Source of the DNA: an uncultured SAR86 cluster bacterium
Lineage (GTDB): Bacteria; Pseudomonadota; Gammaproteobacteria; Magnimaribacterales; D2472
NCBI GenBank assembly: GCA_902612915.1
Contig: CACMFH010000004.1
Coordinates: forward strand, 2,570 to 66,569
Direction of reading: 5' to 3'
DNA length: 64,000 nt
Below the pieces are notes generated by a model, which did not search any database, was not told where the DNA came from, and saw nothing but the letters and a program-made list of their open reading frames with translations. Numbering within the stretch: position 1 is the first letter of the stretch; each line of letters opens with the position of its first letter. Shown here piece by piece: positions 30,926-42,550 of the stretch. A program made the position numbers and the translations under genes.

Positions 30926-31909
30926 TTATTCTCCATGTTGTATCACAACTCTTCCAATTTGTTCACCTTTTAGAATTTTATCAATTTCTTCTTTAATTTC
31001 TGAAATTTTTACTATTTTCGTCTGATTTGAAAGATCAAGCGACCATTCATTTGATAATAATTCCCATAAGTCTTTTTTTAGTTCTATGGATGATTCAGCT
31101 GAATCGATTCCACTTAACTGAATACCTCTTAAAATAAAAGGAAATACAGATGAAGAGAATTTTGGTCCAGCAACATTTCCACAGCATGAAACTACACCAT
31201 GATTTGCAATCATTGTTAGCATTTTAGATAAAATGTCTCCACCAACAGTATCTACCGCTGCAGAGTATTTAGCTCTATCCATGGGTTTTATGGGATCTGA
31301 CATATATTCATTTCTATCTAAAATTTCACTAGCTCCCATCATTTTAAGAGTATCGAAATGTGAGGATTTCCCAGAAATTGCATGAACTTCATATCCAATT
31401 TTTGAAAGAATTCCCACTGAAATTGAGCCAACACCACCTGTGGAACCAGATACTAAAACTGGAAGTTTCTTTGAACAGTTATTATGAACAATTTTTTTTA
31501 TACATGCTGCAGCAGTAATACCAGCTGTTCCAAATGACATACACTTCATATGATCTAACTCAGACGGCATTTTTATAACCCAATTGCTTGGGAGATGCAC
31601 GATTTCTCCAAAACCTCCAAATTCAGACATTCCAATTTTATATCCTGTCGCAATAACATTATCACCGACAGAAAAATCTGGGGTTGATGATTCAATTATT
31701 TCTCCGGCTACATCTATTCCAGGAACAAATGGATAAGAAGATGCTACGCCTTTTGCTCCAGATGCGGCGAGAGCATCTTTATAATTTAAAGATGAGTAAT
31801 GAACCTTTATTAATACTCGGCCTTGTTCAAGTTTTGGTATATCAATATCTTCTAAAGAACCGTTAAAATTCCCTTCGTTTTCTCTTACAAGATAACCTTT
31901 AAATTTCAT
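30926..31909 (-). CDS. MDR-family NADPH:quinone/acrylyl-CoA reductase (YhdH/AcuI-like)
   Basis: VLIKVHYSSLNYKDALA and PFVPGIDVAGEI motifs, and the GSTGGVGS cofactor loop. Confidence 0.85.
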   Translation of the reverse strand: MKFKGYLVRENEGNFNGSLEDIDIPKLEQGRVLIKVHYSSLNYKDALAASGAKGVASSYPFVPGIDVAGEIIESSTPDFSVGDNVIATGYKIGMSEFGGFGEIVHLPSNWVIKMPSELDHMKCMSFGTAGITAAACIKKIVHNNCSKKLPVLVSGSTGGVGSISVGILSKIGYEVHAISGKSSHFDTLKMMGASEILDRNEYMSDPIKPMDRAKYSAAVDTVGGDILSKMLTMIANHGVVSCCGNVAGPKFSSSVFPFILRGIQLSGIDSAESSIELKKDLWELLSNEWSLDLSNQTKIVKISEIKEEIDKILKGEQIGRVVIQHGE

Positions 31910-31911
31910 TA

Positions 31912-32889
<978 letters not shown>

Positions 32890-32927
32890 TTATGCCTATA
32901 ATTAGATCAATAATTAGATATAGTTAA

Positions 32928-35225
32928 ATGCCTCCATATATAAAGAATACTCTAACAAATTTTCTAAGTTTTTTTCTTATTGCATTCTCATTGTATATTT
33001 TTGTTTCACTTGTTTCTTATGATATTTCTGACTCTGGATTCTTTAATAAAAATTCAAATGAAACAGTTAATAACTTGGGCGGACCTCTTGGTGCAAAAAT
33101 ATCAGATTTTTTATATACAATTTTTGGTTTCGGTGGATATTTAGTTCTTCTTGTTGGAAGTATTTGGGCTATTCAAACACTATTTTTTGAGGATCCTTAT
33201 TCATCTTTAAATAAGACTTTAGTAAGATTGGTTAGCTCTGTACTTTTATTAGTATGTTTTTGTTCAATAGGGTACTTCTATTTTCTCGATAGCTTTGGAG
33301 GTGTTGTTGGAAAAGAAATAATTCTGGCATTATCTTCTTCAATTGGCGATATTGGGTCATTGATATTTTTAGTTATATTGTTAATACCTTCAACTTCATT
33401 AGCCTTTAATTTTTCTTGGTTAAAAACTATCGATAAAACAGGAGAAATTTTGATTATTTTTGGAAAATTTAGTTTTCAAATTATTTCAAGACTTCTAGTA
33501 AATTTAAAAGTATTAGTAATTCTTTTTTTTAGTAAAGCTAGAAAAATTGTTACCACAATGCAGATTAGAAATGATAATAAAGTTAAATCAGCATCAAAGC
33601 CCAAAATTTCAAAAGAACCTCAAATTAAAGAAAAACACGTTGAAGAAATTAAAAAAGATCTCACTCAAGGTGATTTACCTATTAAAGACGAAACACCATT
33701 AAAAGAAGTATTAAAAGAGAGTTCTGACACTGACGAAGAAAAAAAAGAAAAGGCTGTTATGCCAAGTACTGAATTACTGGATAGAGCACTTGATGATGGA
33801 AGCTCATTGTCTGAGAGCGAATTAAATCAAATAGCTGAACTTCTTGAAGCCAAATTAGAAGAATTTGGTATTGAAGCCACTGTTGAATCAGTTTTACCAG
33901 GACCAGTTGTAACTCGATTTGAAATTCAACCAGCACCAGGAACAAAAGCAAGCAAAATAACTAATATTGCACAAGACATTGCAAGATCATTATCGGTAAG
34001 CAGTGTTAGAGTTGTAGAAGTGATTGAGGGAAAATCATACGTGGGTATTGAGATACCAAATAATAATAGAAAAATGGTTAGGCTTACTGAAATACTCTCC
34101 TCGAAAGCATTTAAATCCTCTCCATCAAATCTTAGCGTAGCGCTTGGTCAAGATATTTCCGGTAATCCAATTGTTGTAGATTTATCCAAGATGCCTCATT
34201 TGTTGGTTGCTGGTACTACTGGATCAGGAAAGTCAGTAGGACTAAATGCAATGTTACTGAGTTTATTATTTAAATCTGATCCTGAAGAAGTAAGATTGAT
34301 ATTAGTAGATCCAAAAATGTTGGAATTGGCTGTCTATGACGGTATACCTCATTTACTTACTCCAGTTATTACAGATATGACTGATGCATCTAATGGTTTG
34401 AGGTGGTGTGTGGCAGAAATGGACAGAAGATATAAATTAATGTCCATGATGGGAGTAAGAAACTTGGCAGGATTTAATAAAAAAATTCTAGATGCTGAAA
34501 AGAATGGAAAACAGATATTAAATCCTTTAAATGAGAATGAGGATGAATATCTTGAAGTATTGCCATCCATAGTTGTAGTTGTTGATGAATTTGCAGACAT
34601 GATGATGTTAGTAGGAAAAAAAGTTGAACATCTTATTGCTAGAATTGCACAAAAAGCTAGAGCAGCTGGAATTCATCTAATATTAGCAACTCAAAGACCT
34701 TCAGTAGATGTCATAACGGGTTTAATTAAAGCAAATATACCTACAAGAATTGCCTTTCAAGTTTCTACAAAAATAGACTCAAGGACAATTTTAGATCAAG
34801 GTGGAGCAGAACAATTATTAGGATATGGAGACATGCTCTATTTACCTCCGGGAGTAGGTGTTCCAGTTAGGGTTCATGGAGCATTTGTTGGAGATGATGA
34901 GGTTCACAGAGTTGTTAATGATTGGAAATCTAGAGCAGAACCAAATTATGTAGATGAAATTACATCATCAACCCAAGATACTGGACCAATTCCAGGTTGG
35001 ACGGGTGCTGACGCAGGTAACTCAGATGAGCAAGATGAATTATATGATGAGGCTGTAAACTTTGTTATTGAATCTAGAAGAGCATCAATATCGGCTGTTC
35101 AAAGAAAATTGAGAATTGGCTACAACAGAGCCGCAAGACTTATTGAAACAATGGAAGAGGCTGGACTCGTATCAGAAATGAGCTCAAATGGGTCAAGAGA
35201 AGTATTAGTGCCCAAAAGAGATTAA
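32928..35225 (+). CDS. ftsK: DNA translocase FtsK
   Basis: N-terminal TM domain, a K/E-rich linker, Walker [13 protein letters not shown] and a gamma wHTH ([19 protein letters not shown]). Confidence 0.95.
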   Translation: MPPYIKNTLTNFLSFFLIAFSLYIFVSLVSYDISDSGFFNKNSNETVNNLGGPLGAKISDFLYTIFGFGGYLVLLVGSIWAIQTLFFEDPYSSLNKTLVRLVSSVLLLVCFCSIGYFYFLDSFGGVVGKEIILALSSSIGDIGSLIFLVILLIPSTSLAFNFSWLKTIDKTGEILIIFGKFSFQIISRLLVNLKVLVILFFSKARKIVTTMQIRNDNKVKSASKPKISKEPQIKEKHVEEIKKDLTQGDLPIKDETPLKEVLKESSDTDEEKKEKAVMPSTELLDRALDDGSSLSESELNQIAELLEAKLEEFGIEATVESVLPGPVVTRFEIQPAPGTKASKITNIAQDIARSLSVSSVRVVEVIEGKSYVGIEIPNNNRKMVRLTEILSSKAFKSSPSNLSVALGQDISGNPIVVDLSKMPHLLVAGTTGSGKSVGLNAMLLSLLFKSDPEEVRLILVDPKMLELAVYDGIPHLLTPVITDMTDASNGLRWCVAEMDRRYKLMSMMGVRNLAGFNKKILDAEKNGKQILNPLNENEDEYLEVLPSIVVVVDEFADMMMLVGKKVEHLIARIAQKARAAGIHLILATQRPSVDVITGLIKANIPTRIAFQVSTKIDSRTILDQGGAEQLLGYGDMLYLPPGVGVPVRVHGAFVGDDEVHRVVNDWKSRAEPNYVDEITSSTQDTGPIPGWTGADAGNSDEQDELYDEAVNFVIESRRASISAVQRKLRIGYNRAARLIETMEEAGLVSEMSSNGSREVLVPKRD

Positions 35226-35226
35226 A

Positions 35227-35727
35227 TTGAAATTCATTTACATAAATTTCTTACTGTTTTTTAATTTGCTTATTTCTGCTAACACAATTGAGTCTCTAAA
35301 TGAATTTTTTAAAAATAATTTAGAATTTGTCCAAACTAGTTTTAATACTATAAATAATAGCTTTGATAAGTCTTATGGTAATTTTTCTAGAGATTTAAAT
35401 AACAACATAAAGATAGAGATTAATTCTCCATTTAAAGAAATTTATTTTATCAATGAGGATGGAATTGAAATACATGATTTAGAATTTAATCAAAAGAGAT
35501 TTATAAAGAATCAAGATATACCAAATAATATTTTAAAATTTATTAAAAATGGATTTAGAAATGAGTCGTTAGATTTTGAACAAATAGGTGATTCTAAATT
35601 TAAGATAACTGAGCTTGAAAAAAATTATTATTTTGAATTTATTAGTAATGACACTCTACAAATAAAATATAAAGATAATATGAACTTAGATAATTTAATT
35701 AATTTTTCAAAACAAAATGATAAGTAA
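35227..35727 (+). CDS. lolA: LolA-like periplasmic lipoprotein carrier (divergent)
   Basis: Signal peptide and the position directly after ftsK, as in enterobacterial synteny. There is weak colinearity with LolA (F-x-Q near the N-terminus; ...IYFINEDGIEIHDLEFNQ). TTG start. Confidence 0.5.
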   Translation: MKFIYINFLLFFNLLISANTIESLNEFFKNNLEFVQTSFNTINNSFDKSYGNFSRDLNNNIKIEINSPFKEIYFINEDGIEIHDLEFNQKRFIKNQDIPNNILKFIKNGFRNESLDFEQIGDSKFKITELEKNYYFEFISNDTLQIKYKDNMNLDNLINFSKQNDK

Positions 35728-36076
35728 CATTTTATTTGTTGGGTTTGGTGGTGCATTAGGGGCAATATCGAGATTTGGAATTAATGAGATTATGGAAAGA
35801 TATATCATTAACTCGTCGTCCTGCTCTGTGCTCCTGGTAAATGTTATAGGATGTTTTTTAATTGGTTTAATAATTGGAACATCGATGCCTGAAAAAAATA
35901 CGATGTATTATTTTTTTATTATTGGATTTTTAGGGTCATTTACAACTATGTCTGCTTTGACATATCAGACAATTGAGATTGCTAATACAAATTTAATTCA
36001 TGCGGTTTCATATATAATAATTACTGTTGTAATAACTATTGCTGCAACATATATTGGAACAATAATCGCTAAATAA
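35717..36076 (+). CDS. crcB: Fluoride channel CrcB/FluC
   Basis: 119 aa, four TM segments, GGALGAISRF and GFLGSFTTMS motifs. Confidence 0.9.
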   Translation: MISNILFVGFGGALGAISRFGINEIMERYIINSSSCSVLLVNVIGCFLIGLIIGTSMPEKNTMYYFFIIGFLGSFTTMSALTYQTIEIANTNLIHAVSYIIITVVITIAATYIGTIIAK

Positions 36077-37323
36077 TGCTAGACATCAAAAATTTAAGAG
36101 ATAATTTTAAGGATATCCAAATTTCCTTGAAAAAGCGTGGTTATGATTTGAATGAAGCTTCTTTTAAATCTTTAGATGATTATAGAAAAGAGCTTCAAAT
36201 TGAAGTTGAGAATCTTCAAGCTGAAAGAAAAAAACTTTCATCAGAATTTGGAAAACTTAAAGCATCTGGTGAAGAGACCTCAGATTTAAAAAAGGTTATT
36301 GATAAAAAAAATTCTGATTTAGAAAAAAAAGATTCTGAGCTTCAAGAAGTTTTAAAAAATTTAAATAACTTACTGCTGGATATGCCAAACATTCCTCACG
36401 ATTCTGTTCCTGAGGGATCATCAGAAGAAGATAATAAGATTATAAGTAAACATGGTGAGATTATTAGCACTAACACTCTTGATCATCTAGAAATAACAAA
36501 AAAAATAGATACTGAACTAGCTGCTAAATTATCTGGATCTAGATTTGCAGTCTTAGAAGGAGATTTAGCCAAGCTTCAACGCTCATTAATAACTTTTATG
36601 CTCGATTGCGCCATTCAAAATGGATATAAGGAATATTATGTTCCATTTATGGCAAATGAAGAGTCTTTAACAGGGACAGGACAATTACCAAAATTTGAAG
36701 AAGATTTATTTAAAACCTCAGATAAACTATACCTTATTCCTACTGCTGAAGTTCCTTTGACTAATTTATTCAGAAATGAATTTCTTAATGAAGAAGATTT
36801 ACCAATCAAAGTAACATCTCATACTCCATGTTTTAGATCTGAGGCTGGAAGTTATGGAAAGGATACAAGGGGTCTTATAAGACAACATCAATTTGAAAAA
36901 ATTGAACTTGTGCAGATTACTCACCCAGATGATTCTATGGATTGTTTAGAAAATTTGCTTAAAAATGCTTGTGAAATTCTAGATAAATTAGAACTTCCTT
37001 ATCAAATTATTGAATTATGTACTGGCGATTTGGGCTTTTCATCTGCTAAAACATTTGATATTGAGGTTTGGATGCCTAGTCAAAATAAATATAGAGAAAT
37101 TTCATCATGCTCAAACTTCACAGATTTCCAGGCCAGGCGCTCTAATATAAAATTTAAATCCAAAGAGGGAAATAGTTTTGTACATACAATTAATGGATCT
37201 GGACTTGCAGTCGGTAGATGCTTAATAGCACTTATTGAAAATAATTTTGATGGTAAAGATACTATTAATATTCCAAATTGTCTTGAGCAATATTTTGGGT
37301 CAAACAAGATAAAAATAAGTTGA
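36076..37323 (+). CDS. serS: Seryl-tRNA synthetase
   Basis: N-terminal coiled coil and class II motifs (TPCFRSEAGSYGKDTRGLIRQHQFEKIE; GSGLAVGR). Confidence 0.97.
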   Translation: MLDIKNLRDNFKDIQISLKKRGYDLNEASFKSLDDYRKELQIEVENLQAERKKLSSEFGKLKASGEETSDLKKVIDKKNSDLEKKDSELQEVLKNLNNLLLDMPNIPHDSVPEGSSEEDNKIISKHGEIISTNTLDHLEITKKIDTELAAKLSGSRFAVLEGDLAKLQRSLITFMLDCAIQNGYKEYYVPFMANEESLTGTGQLPKFEEDLFKTSDKLYLIPTAEVPLTNLFRNEFLNEEDLPIKVTSHTPCFRSEAGSYGKDTRGLIRQHQFEKIELVQITHPDDSMDCLENLLKNACEILDKLELPYQIIELCTGDLGFSSAKTFDIEVWMPSQNKYREISSCSNFTDFQARRSNIKFKSKEGNSFVHTINGSGLAVGRCLIALIENNFDGKDTINIPNCLEQYFGSNKIKIS

Positions 37324-38285
37324 AAAATTTTTTTTTAAGCTTTTTTTTATTATTAATTTCCAGTACAAACCTTATTTATGCAGAATCAATAAAGATTGGT
37401 CTTGGTTCATGCCTGGATCAAGATTATCCGCAACCAATATGGCAATCTATTGAAAAGGAAGATTTAAGTTACTTTATTTTTTTAGGCGATAACGTATACG
37501 GAGATACTCGATATGGGTCACTAAGAAAAATGAAAAGTGCTTATGATAAACAAAAAAAAGTTTTGCCAGACTTTTTAAATGATATATCTATATTCTCTAT
37601 TTGGGATGATCATGATTTTGGAATCAATGATGGCGGCGCTGATTATAGATTTAAAAGACGAGCTCAAGAACTTTATCTAGATTTTTGGGAAATAACAAAG
37701 GATGACGATAGATCAAATCGTGAGGGAATATATTTTTCAGAAAATAAAGTTTTTTTTGATAAGAAGTTTAAATTTATTTTTCTTGATACAAGATTTTTTA
37801 GATCAAAACTAAAAGGTAAAAAAAGTAACTATATTGAGAACATCGAACCTGATGCAACAATTTTGGGTAATGCTCAATGGACATGGCTTGAAAATGAACT
37901 CAAAAGTGATTTTGATTTTTTGTTCATCTTTAGTTCTATTCAAATAATTGCTAAAGATCACCGTTTTGAAAAATGGAGCAATTTCCCTAATGAAAGAGCA
38001 AAACTTTTTAAACTTTTAGAGCAATTCAATGATAAAACAATTTTATTTTCAGGTGACAGGCATCGTGCAGGAATATATGGTAAAAATGGAATAATAGAAG
38101 TCACATCTTCTTCTATGAATAAACCAGGCTCATCCTTCACTGAAACTGATAGTTATCTAATTGGCAAAACATATCCCCAAGAAAACTACGGTGTTCTTGA
38201 AGTACTTCAAAATAAAATTCGTATTAATATAAAAGATATAAAAGGAAATACTCTTAATTCTATTGAAAAATCGTATAAAAAATAA
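37320..38285 (+). CDS. PhoD-like metallophosphatase (alkaline phosphatase D family)
   Basis: Signal peptide, FLGDNVYGD, WDDHDFGINDGG and GDRHRAG motifs. TTG start overlapping the serS stop. Confidence 0.7.
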   Translation: MKNFFLSFFLLLISSTNLIYAESIKIGLGSCLDQDYPQPIWQSIEKEDLSYFIFLGDNVYGDTRYGSLRKMKSAYDKQKKVLPDFLNDISIFSIWDDHDFGINDGGADYRFKRRAQELYLDFWEITKDDDRSNREGIYFSENKVFFDKKFKFIFLDTRFFRSKLKGKKSNYIENIEPDATILGNAQWTWLENELKSDFDFLFIFSSIQIIAKDHRFEKWSNFPNERAKLFKLLEQFNDKTILFSGDRHRAGIYGKNGIIEVTSSSMNKPGSSFTETDSYLIGKTYPQENYGVLEVLQNKIRINIKDIKGNTLNSIEKSYKK

Positions 38286-38299
38286 AGCTTTAAGAATAG

Positions 38300-38318
38300 T
38301 TACAAAAAATTTACAAAA
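38300..38318 (+). repeat. Direct repeat TTACAAAA x2 with 11-bp register in the TBDR 3 upstream region
   Basis: TTACAAAA occurs at 38300 and at 38311. An AATAGTT direct repeat flanks them at 38295 and 38322. Confidence 0.3.
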
Positions 38319-38393
38319 TTGTAATAGTTCTTAATTGAATTTTGATATATATTACCTATCTAACTAATTTTAATATTTAGGGGCTATATAATT

Positions 38394-41300
38394 ATGATAC
38401 GGAATTTATTTAAAATCTCGTTGCTTTCACTATTTATTTCACCATTTCTTGTATCACAAGAACTTACATCAGACATCACAGGAACTGTATCCAGCTCAAC
38501 TGGTTCAGTAAGTGGTGCACAGGTTGAAATAACTTATGAACCAACTAATACATCAATAACAAGAACTACAGACGAATCTGGTAGATACTTTGCAGGTGGT
38601 TTGAGACCAGGTGGTCCTTATACCATTACTGTATCTGCTGCAGGGTTGGTTTCTCAAAATGCAACAACTACTTTGGTAGTTGGTGATACTAGAAGATTAT
38701 CTTTTTCGATGGCATCTGCTGATTTAGTGGATGAACTTATTGTTACTGGTTCTCGTGTTACAGCTGATAGAGATGGTTTTACAACATTAATTGATGCAGA
38801 AACTATTGCAACCACTCCTTCAGTAACAAGAGATATTAAAGATATCCTAAAACTAAATCCATTTGTAACTTTGGATGATGAAGAAGATGGTGAGGAATCA
38901 ATCTCAATAGGTGGAGCGCATCCAAGAACAAATGACCTTAGAGTAGACGGCGTTTCATTTAATGATGATTTTGGACTTAATAGTAACGGTTATCCATCCC
39001 AAAGAAGTCCAATTAACTTTGGTTCTATAGAACAGTTAGCAGTCAAAGTAGCTCCTGCCTCAGTAGAGTATGCACAATTTAGAGGCGGTGTTATAGACAT
39101 CATTACCAAAGGTGGAACAAATGAATTCACTGGTGACTTTGCTTACTTTGATAGAGGTGATTCTCTAATGGGTGATAAGCTTGAAGGCGAGGATGTTGAT
39201 ATCACTAAAGATGATACTGCATATGAACTTGCATTTGGCGGACCTATAATTAAAGACGAGTTATTTTTCTACGTTACATACAGTGAATCAGAAATTGCTA
39301 ATCCATTGAGATATGGAATTCAAGGTTCTGGCGCTGAAAATATTTTAGATGTTACTGCCGATCAGGCTGAACAAGTGCGAAGCGCAGTGCAGTCATTAAT
39401 TGGTAAGGATCCGTTTGGACCTACTGGTGCAACAGAATCATCACAAGAGAATTTAACTTTAAGACTCGATTGGACGATTAATGAAAAACACAGATTAACT
39501 TTTAACCATAAAGATATTTTTGGTAATGATTTGAGAGGATCTTCTTCAAGTAGAAATAGAGTTGCGTTATATTCTTCAAGATATATCAAAGACGAAGAAA
39601 CTACCACAAATAGCTTACACTTGGTTTCTGATTTATCGGATAATTTAATTTCTGAGGTTTATATTTCTACAAAAGAAACTGCTACAGACCAAGTCTCGCC
39701 AGCTGGTCAAAATATGCCAAATATTGTAGTTGAGGATGCTTTTGGATATGAGTTTCGTGCTGGCCCAGATATTTTTAGGATGGCAAATGATTTAGATACT
39801 GAAACAAATTTCTTTAAAGCTAAACTTACCTATTATCAAAACAACCATAAGATAACAGCTGGATTTGAAAACACAGTATATGACACATATAACTTATTTA
39901 TTATTAATGAGGACGGTTCATTTGAGTTTGATGATCTAGCAGCTCTTCAAGCTGGTCAAATCGGTTCATATTCTGCTGCTGGTTCAAAAACTGGAGATGT
40001 TAATGATGCAGCTGCAATTTTCGAATACGAACTTTCATCACTGTATCTAATGGATGAATTCACAATGTCAGATTCATTAACACTGACTTTTGGAATCAGA
40101 TACGATGATTATTCTGGTGATGATACGCCAACGAACCAATCTTTCGTTGACGAATATGGTTTTAAAAATGGTGGAATAAAGGGAACCGATTTATTCACAT
40201 ATAGATTTGGTGCTGATTTTGTTCTAGATGACTTAAGTGATTTAAATATTACATATGGAACTTATTCAGCAAAACTACCAAATGTTTGGATCTCAAATGC
40301 TTACTCAAACACTGGTGTCAATGTTGCTAACTACCTTAGTGAATATGGTGGTTGTCCACAAACAGATCTTTACAGCGATTTTTCATTTACAGGATCAAAT
40401 TCAAAACCTGATTGTGTAATTGCATCAATTTCTGATCCAAACAATGTGTCAGGAAAAGTTGATTTTATTGCTCCAAGTTTTGAGTGGCCAAAATCAACTA
40501 TTCTAAATGTAACGTATAACAGAGTTTTACCGAACGATATTGATATGACTCTTACTTTCTTAAAATCTAAAGAGGAAGAAGCTTTATACCGAATAGTTGA
40601 TACAGGGTATCCATTAATTGGTGATGAACCAACTGTTCCAACACAAAAGGCACCTGACGGTAGACCTATTTATAATCAGACTGGTGTATATGGATATCGT
40701 GCAGGACTTTACAATGTTTGTTGTGGAGACAGAGAAGTATTCACAGCAAGTCTTTCAAAGGCATTTAGAGATGGTGATACATTTGTAACTCTTGCTTATA
40801 CTGCACAAGACCATCAAAACAGAAGTGATATGACATCTTCTACTTCGAACTCAAACTTTGGTAAGACAGGTGCGATTGATTTTAATAATAGAATCAAAAA
40901 TAGATCAACTTATGAGACAGAGCATAGTATTTTAATGACTCTTACATCTAAGCATTATTTCTTTGGAGGAAATGCACCAACAACGTTTAGTTTAGTTTTC
41001 TCAAGAGAGTCAGGAAATGTTAAGTATCCAACATTTGATACTTATACTAGTCGAGTTTCTGATTATCAAGCTCGTGCTTTTGGTTATGAATTTAACTTAA
41101 ATGACGATAGTTCATCATTATTGTATATACCTACTGAAAATGATCCTATTGTGTGTTATTCATATGAGTGTACTGATGAAGGTTCTGCTGATGCTTTGCA
41201 AAGAGAAGCTGAGGTTCTTGATTTCTTGTACAACGTATGGGGTCTTCAGGGCTATGCAGGTCAGATTGCACCTAGAGATGCAGGTAATTTCCCATGGCAG

Positions 41301-41597
41301 AGTTCATTAGATTTAAACATTGTTCAAGAAATTCCAGGATTTAGAGAAGGGGACAGTTTTGTTCTTACATTTGCTCTTGAGAATCTTCTTAACTTTATTG
41401 ATGATGATAAAGGTATTATTCGATATGGATACTATTCAGGTAGAGTTCCTGTTATTGATCTAAAAATAATAGACGATGAAAGATATGATTATAGTAGAAA
41501 TGCTTTCAGATATAGCTTTGATGATCCATTTAATATTGATAGATCTACAACACAAAGTTTGTGGAGAGCATCTCTTGGAATTCAGTATAAATTCTAA
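38394..41597 (+). CDS. Oar-like TonB-dependent receptor with N-terminal carboxypeptidase-regulatory-like domain (TBDR 3)
   Basis: Signal peptide and a CarboxypepD_reg-like segment (ITGTVSSSTGSVSGAQVEITYEPTNTSITRTTDESGRYFAGGLRPGGPYTITVSA). A plug and a 1067 aa barrel follow, ending in YKF. Confidence 0.95.
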   Translation: MIRNLFKISLLSLFISPFLVSQELTSDITGTVSSSTGSVSGAQVEITYEPTNTSITRTTDESGRYFAGGLRPGGPYTITVSAAGLVSQNATTTLVVGDTRRLSFSMASADLVDELIVTGSRVTADRDGFTTLIDAETIATTPSVTRDIKDILKLNPFVTLDDEEDGEESISIGGAHPRTNDLRVDGVSFNDDFGLNSNGYPSQRSPINFGSIEQLAVKVAPASVEYAQFRGGVIDIITKGGTNEFTGDFAYFDRGDSLMGDKLEGEDVDITKDDTAYELAFGGPIIKDELFFYVTYSESEIANPLRYGIQGSGAENILDVTADQAEQVRSAVQSLIGKDPFGPTGATESSQENLTLRLDWTINEKHRLTFNHKDIFGNDLRGSSSSRNRVALYSSRYIKDEETTTNSLHLVSDLSDNLISEVYISTKETATDQVSPAGQNMPNIVVEDAFGYEFRAGPDIFRMANDLDTETNFFKAKLTYYQNNHKITAGFENTVYDTYNLFIINEDGSFEFDDLAALQAGQIGSYSAAGSKTGDVNDAAAIFEYELSSLYLMDEFTMSDSLTLTFGIRYDDYSGDDTPTNQSFVDEYGFKNGGIKGTDLFTYRFGADFVLDDLSDLNITYGTYSAKLPNVWISNAYSNTGVNVANYLSEYGGCPQTDLYSDFSFTGSNSKPDCVIASISDPNNVSGKVDFIAPSFEWPKSTILNVTYNRVLPNDIDMTLTFLKSKEEEALYRIVDTGYPLIGDEPTVPTQKAPDGRPIYNQTGVYGYRAGLYNVCCGDREVFTASLSKAFRDGDTFVTLAYTAQDHQNRSDMTSSTSNSNFGKTGAIDFNNRIKNRSTYETEHSILMTLTSKHYFFGGNAPTTFSLVFSRESGNVKYPTFDTYTSRVSDYQARAFGYEFNLNDDSSSLLYIPTENDPIVCYSYECTDEGSADALQREAEVLDFLYNVWGLQGYAGQIAPRDAGNFPWQSSLDLNIVQEIPGFREGDSFVLTFALENLLNFIDDDKGIIRYGYYSGRVPVIDLKIIDDERYDYSRNAFRYSFDDPFNIDRSTTQSLWRASLGIQYKF

Positions 41598-41616
41598 GAA
41601 TACTTATATATAATTT

Positions 41617-41642
41617 AAAGGCGGTTTTATACCGCCTTTTTT
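41617..41642 (+). terminator. Rho-independent terminator after TBDR 3
   Basis: Stem AAAGGCGGT / ACCGCCTTT, a 5-nt loop and a T-run. Confidence 0.7.
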
Positions 41643-41646
41643 AATT

Positions 41647-42549
41647 ATGAGTAACCAAATACCAGAACTATCCTTTATAGAGATTGAAAAAGGTGACTCT
41701 TATTCAATTAATTTGCTTAAAGCAGCGCTTTCAGATCACGGTTTTTTCTCAATTACAGAACACGGCTTATCAAAAGAACTAGTTGATAATTGTTATGAAT
41801 CATCAAAAGCTTTTTTTGATTTAGATTATGAAATTAAAAATACATATAGCTCGGTTGGGTCAAAGGGTGCAAGAGGTTATACACCAAAAGGTATAGAAAC
41901 AGCAGTTGGTGAGAAAATAGCAGACCAAAAAGAGTTTTGGCATCATGGACCTGTCATTGATGATTCATTTGATAAAAAAATACCTCAGAATCTAAATATA
42001 GAACAAGTACCTCAATTTAATTCTAATTTTGATGAACTCTATAACGAATTACATAAAATAGGTTCAAGGGTCTTATCTGTAATTGCATTGTCATTAGGTC
42101 TAGATAGTGATTATTTTTCGTCTTGGGTTGAGAAAGGTAACTCTCTCTTGAGATCTATACATTATCCACCTGTAGAGTCCTTATCTAATCCTCATAGAGC
42201 AAGAGCTCATGAGGATATTAATTTAATAACTCTTTTAATTGGTGCCGAAGAAGGCGGTTTAGAGGTTTTAAACAAAGATGGATCATGGATTAAGGTTGAA
42301 CCAAGTTCTGAAGCTATTGTTTGTAATATTGGTGACATGATGCAATTAGTTACTGATAAGAAATTAAAAAGTACTACCCATAGAGTTATTCAAGATCCTG
42401 ATGCAGAACCAAAATCGAGATATAGTATTCCATTTTTTCTTCATCCTGCTCCATCAATTAATTTGAAATCAATTTTTAGGGATGACGATGAAGGAATACT
42501 TGCCGATACTTTCTTAGATCAAAGGCTAAAAGAAATTAAACTTTATTGA
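41647..42549 (+). CDS. 2-oxoglutarate/Fe(II)-dependent oxygenase (isopenicillin N synthase-like family)
   Basis: H-x-D (AHEDINL), a distal His (TTHRV) and an RxS motif (SRYSIPFF). Confidence 0.9.
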   Translation: MSNQIPELSFIEIEKGDSYSINLLKAALSDHGFFSITEHGLSKELVDNCYESSKAFFDLDYEIKNTYSSVGSKGARGYTPKGIETAVGEKIADQKEFWHHGPVIDDSFDKKIPQNLNIEQVPQFNSNFDELYNELHKIGSRVLSVIALSLGLDSDYFSSWVEKGNSLLRSIHYPPVESLSNPHRARAHEDINLITLLIGAEEGGLEVLNKDGSWIKVEPSSEAIVCNIGDMMQLVTDKKLKSTTHRVIQDPDAEPKSRYSIPFFLHPAPSINLKSIFRDDDEGILADTFLDQRLKEIKLY

Positions 42550-42550
42550 T

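Noticed and set aside
35640-35716. Fluoride riboswitch upstream of crcB
   Set aside because: The region is coding sequence of the lolA-like ORF, which overlaps crcB. It is extremely AT-rich and shows no GC-paired pseudoknot-like helices.
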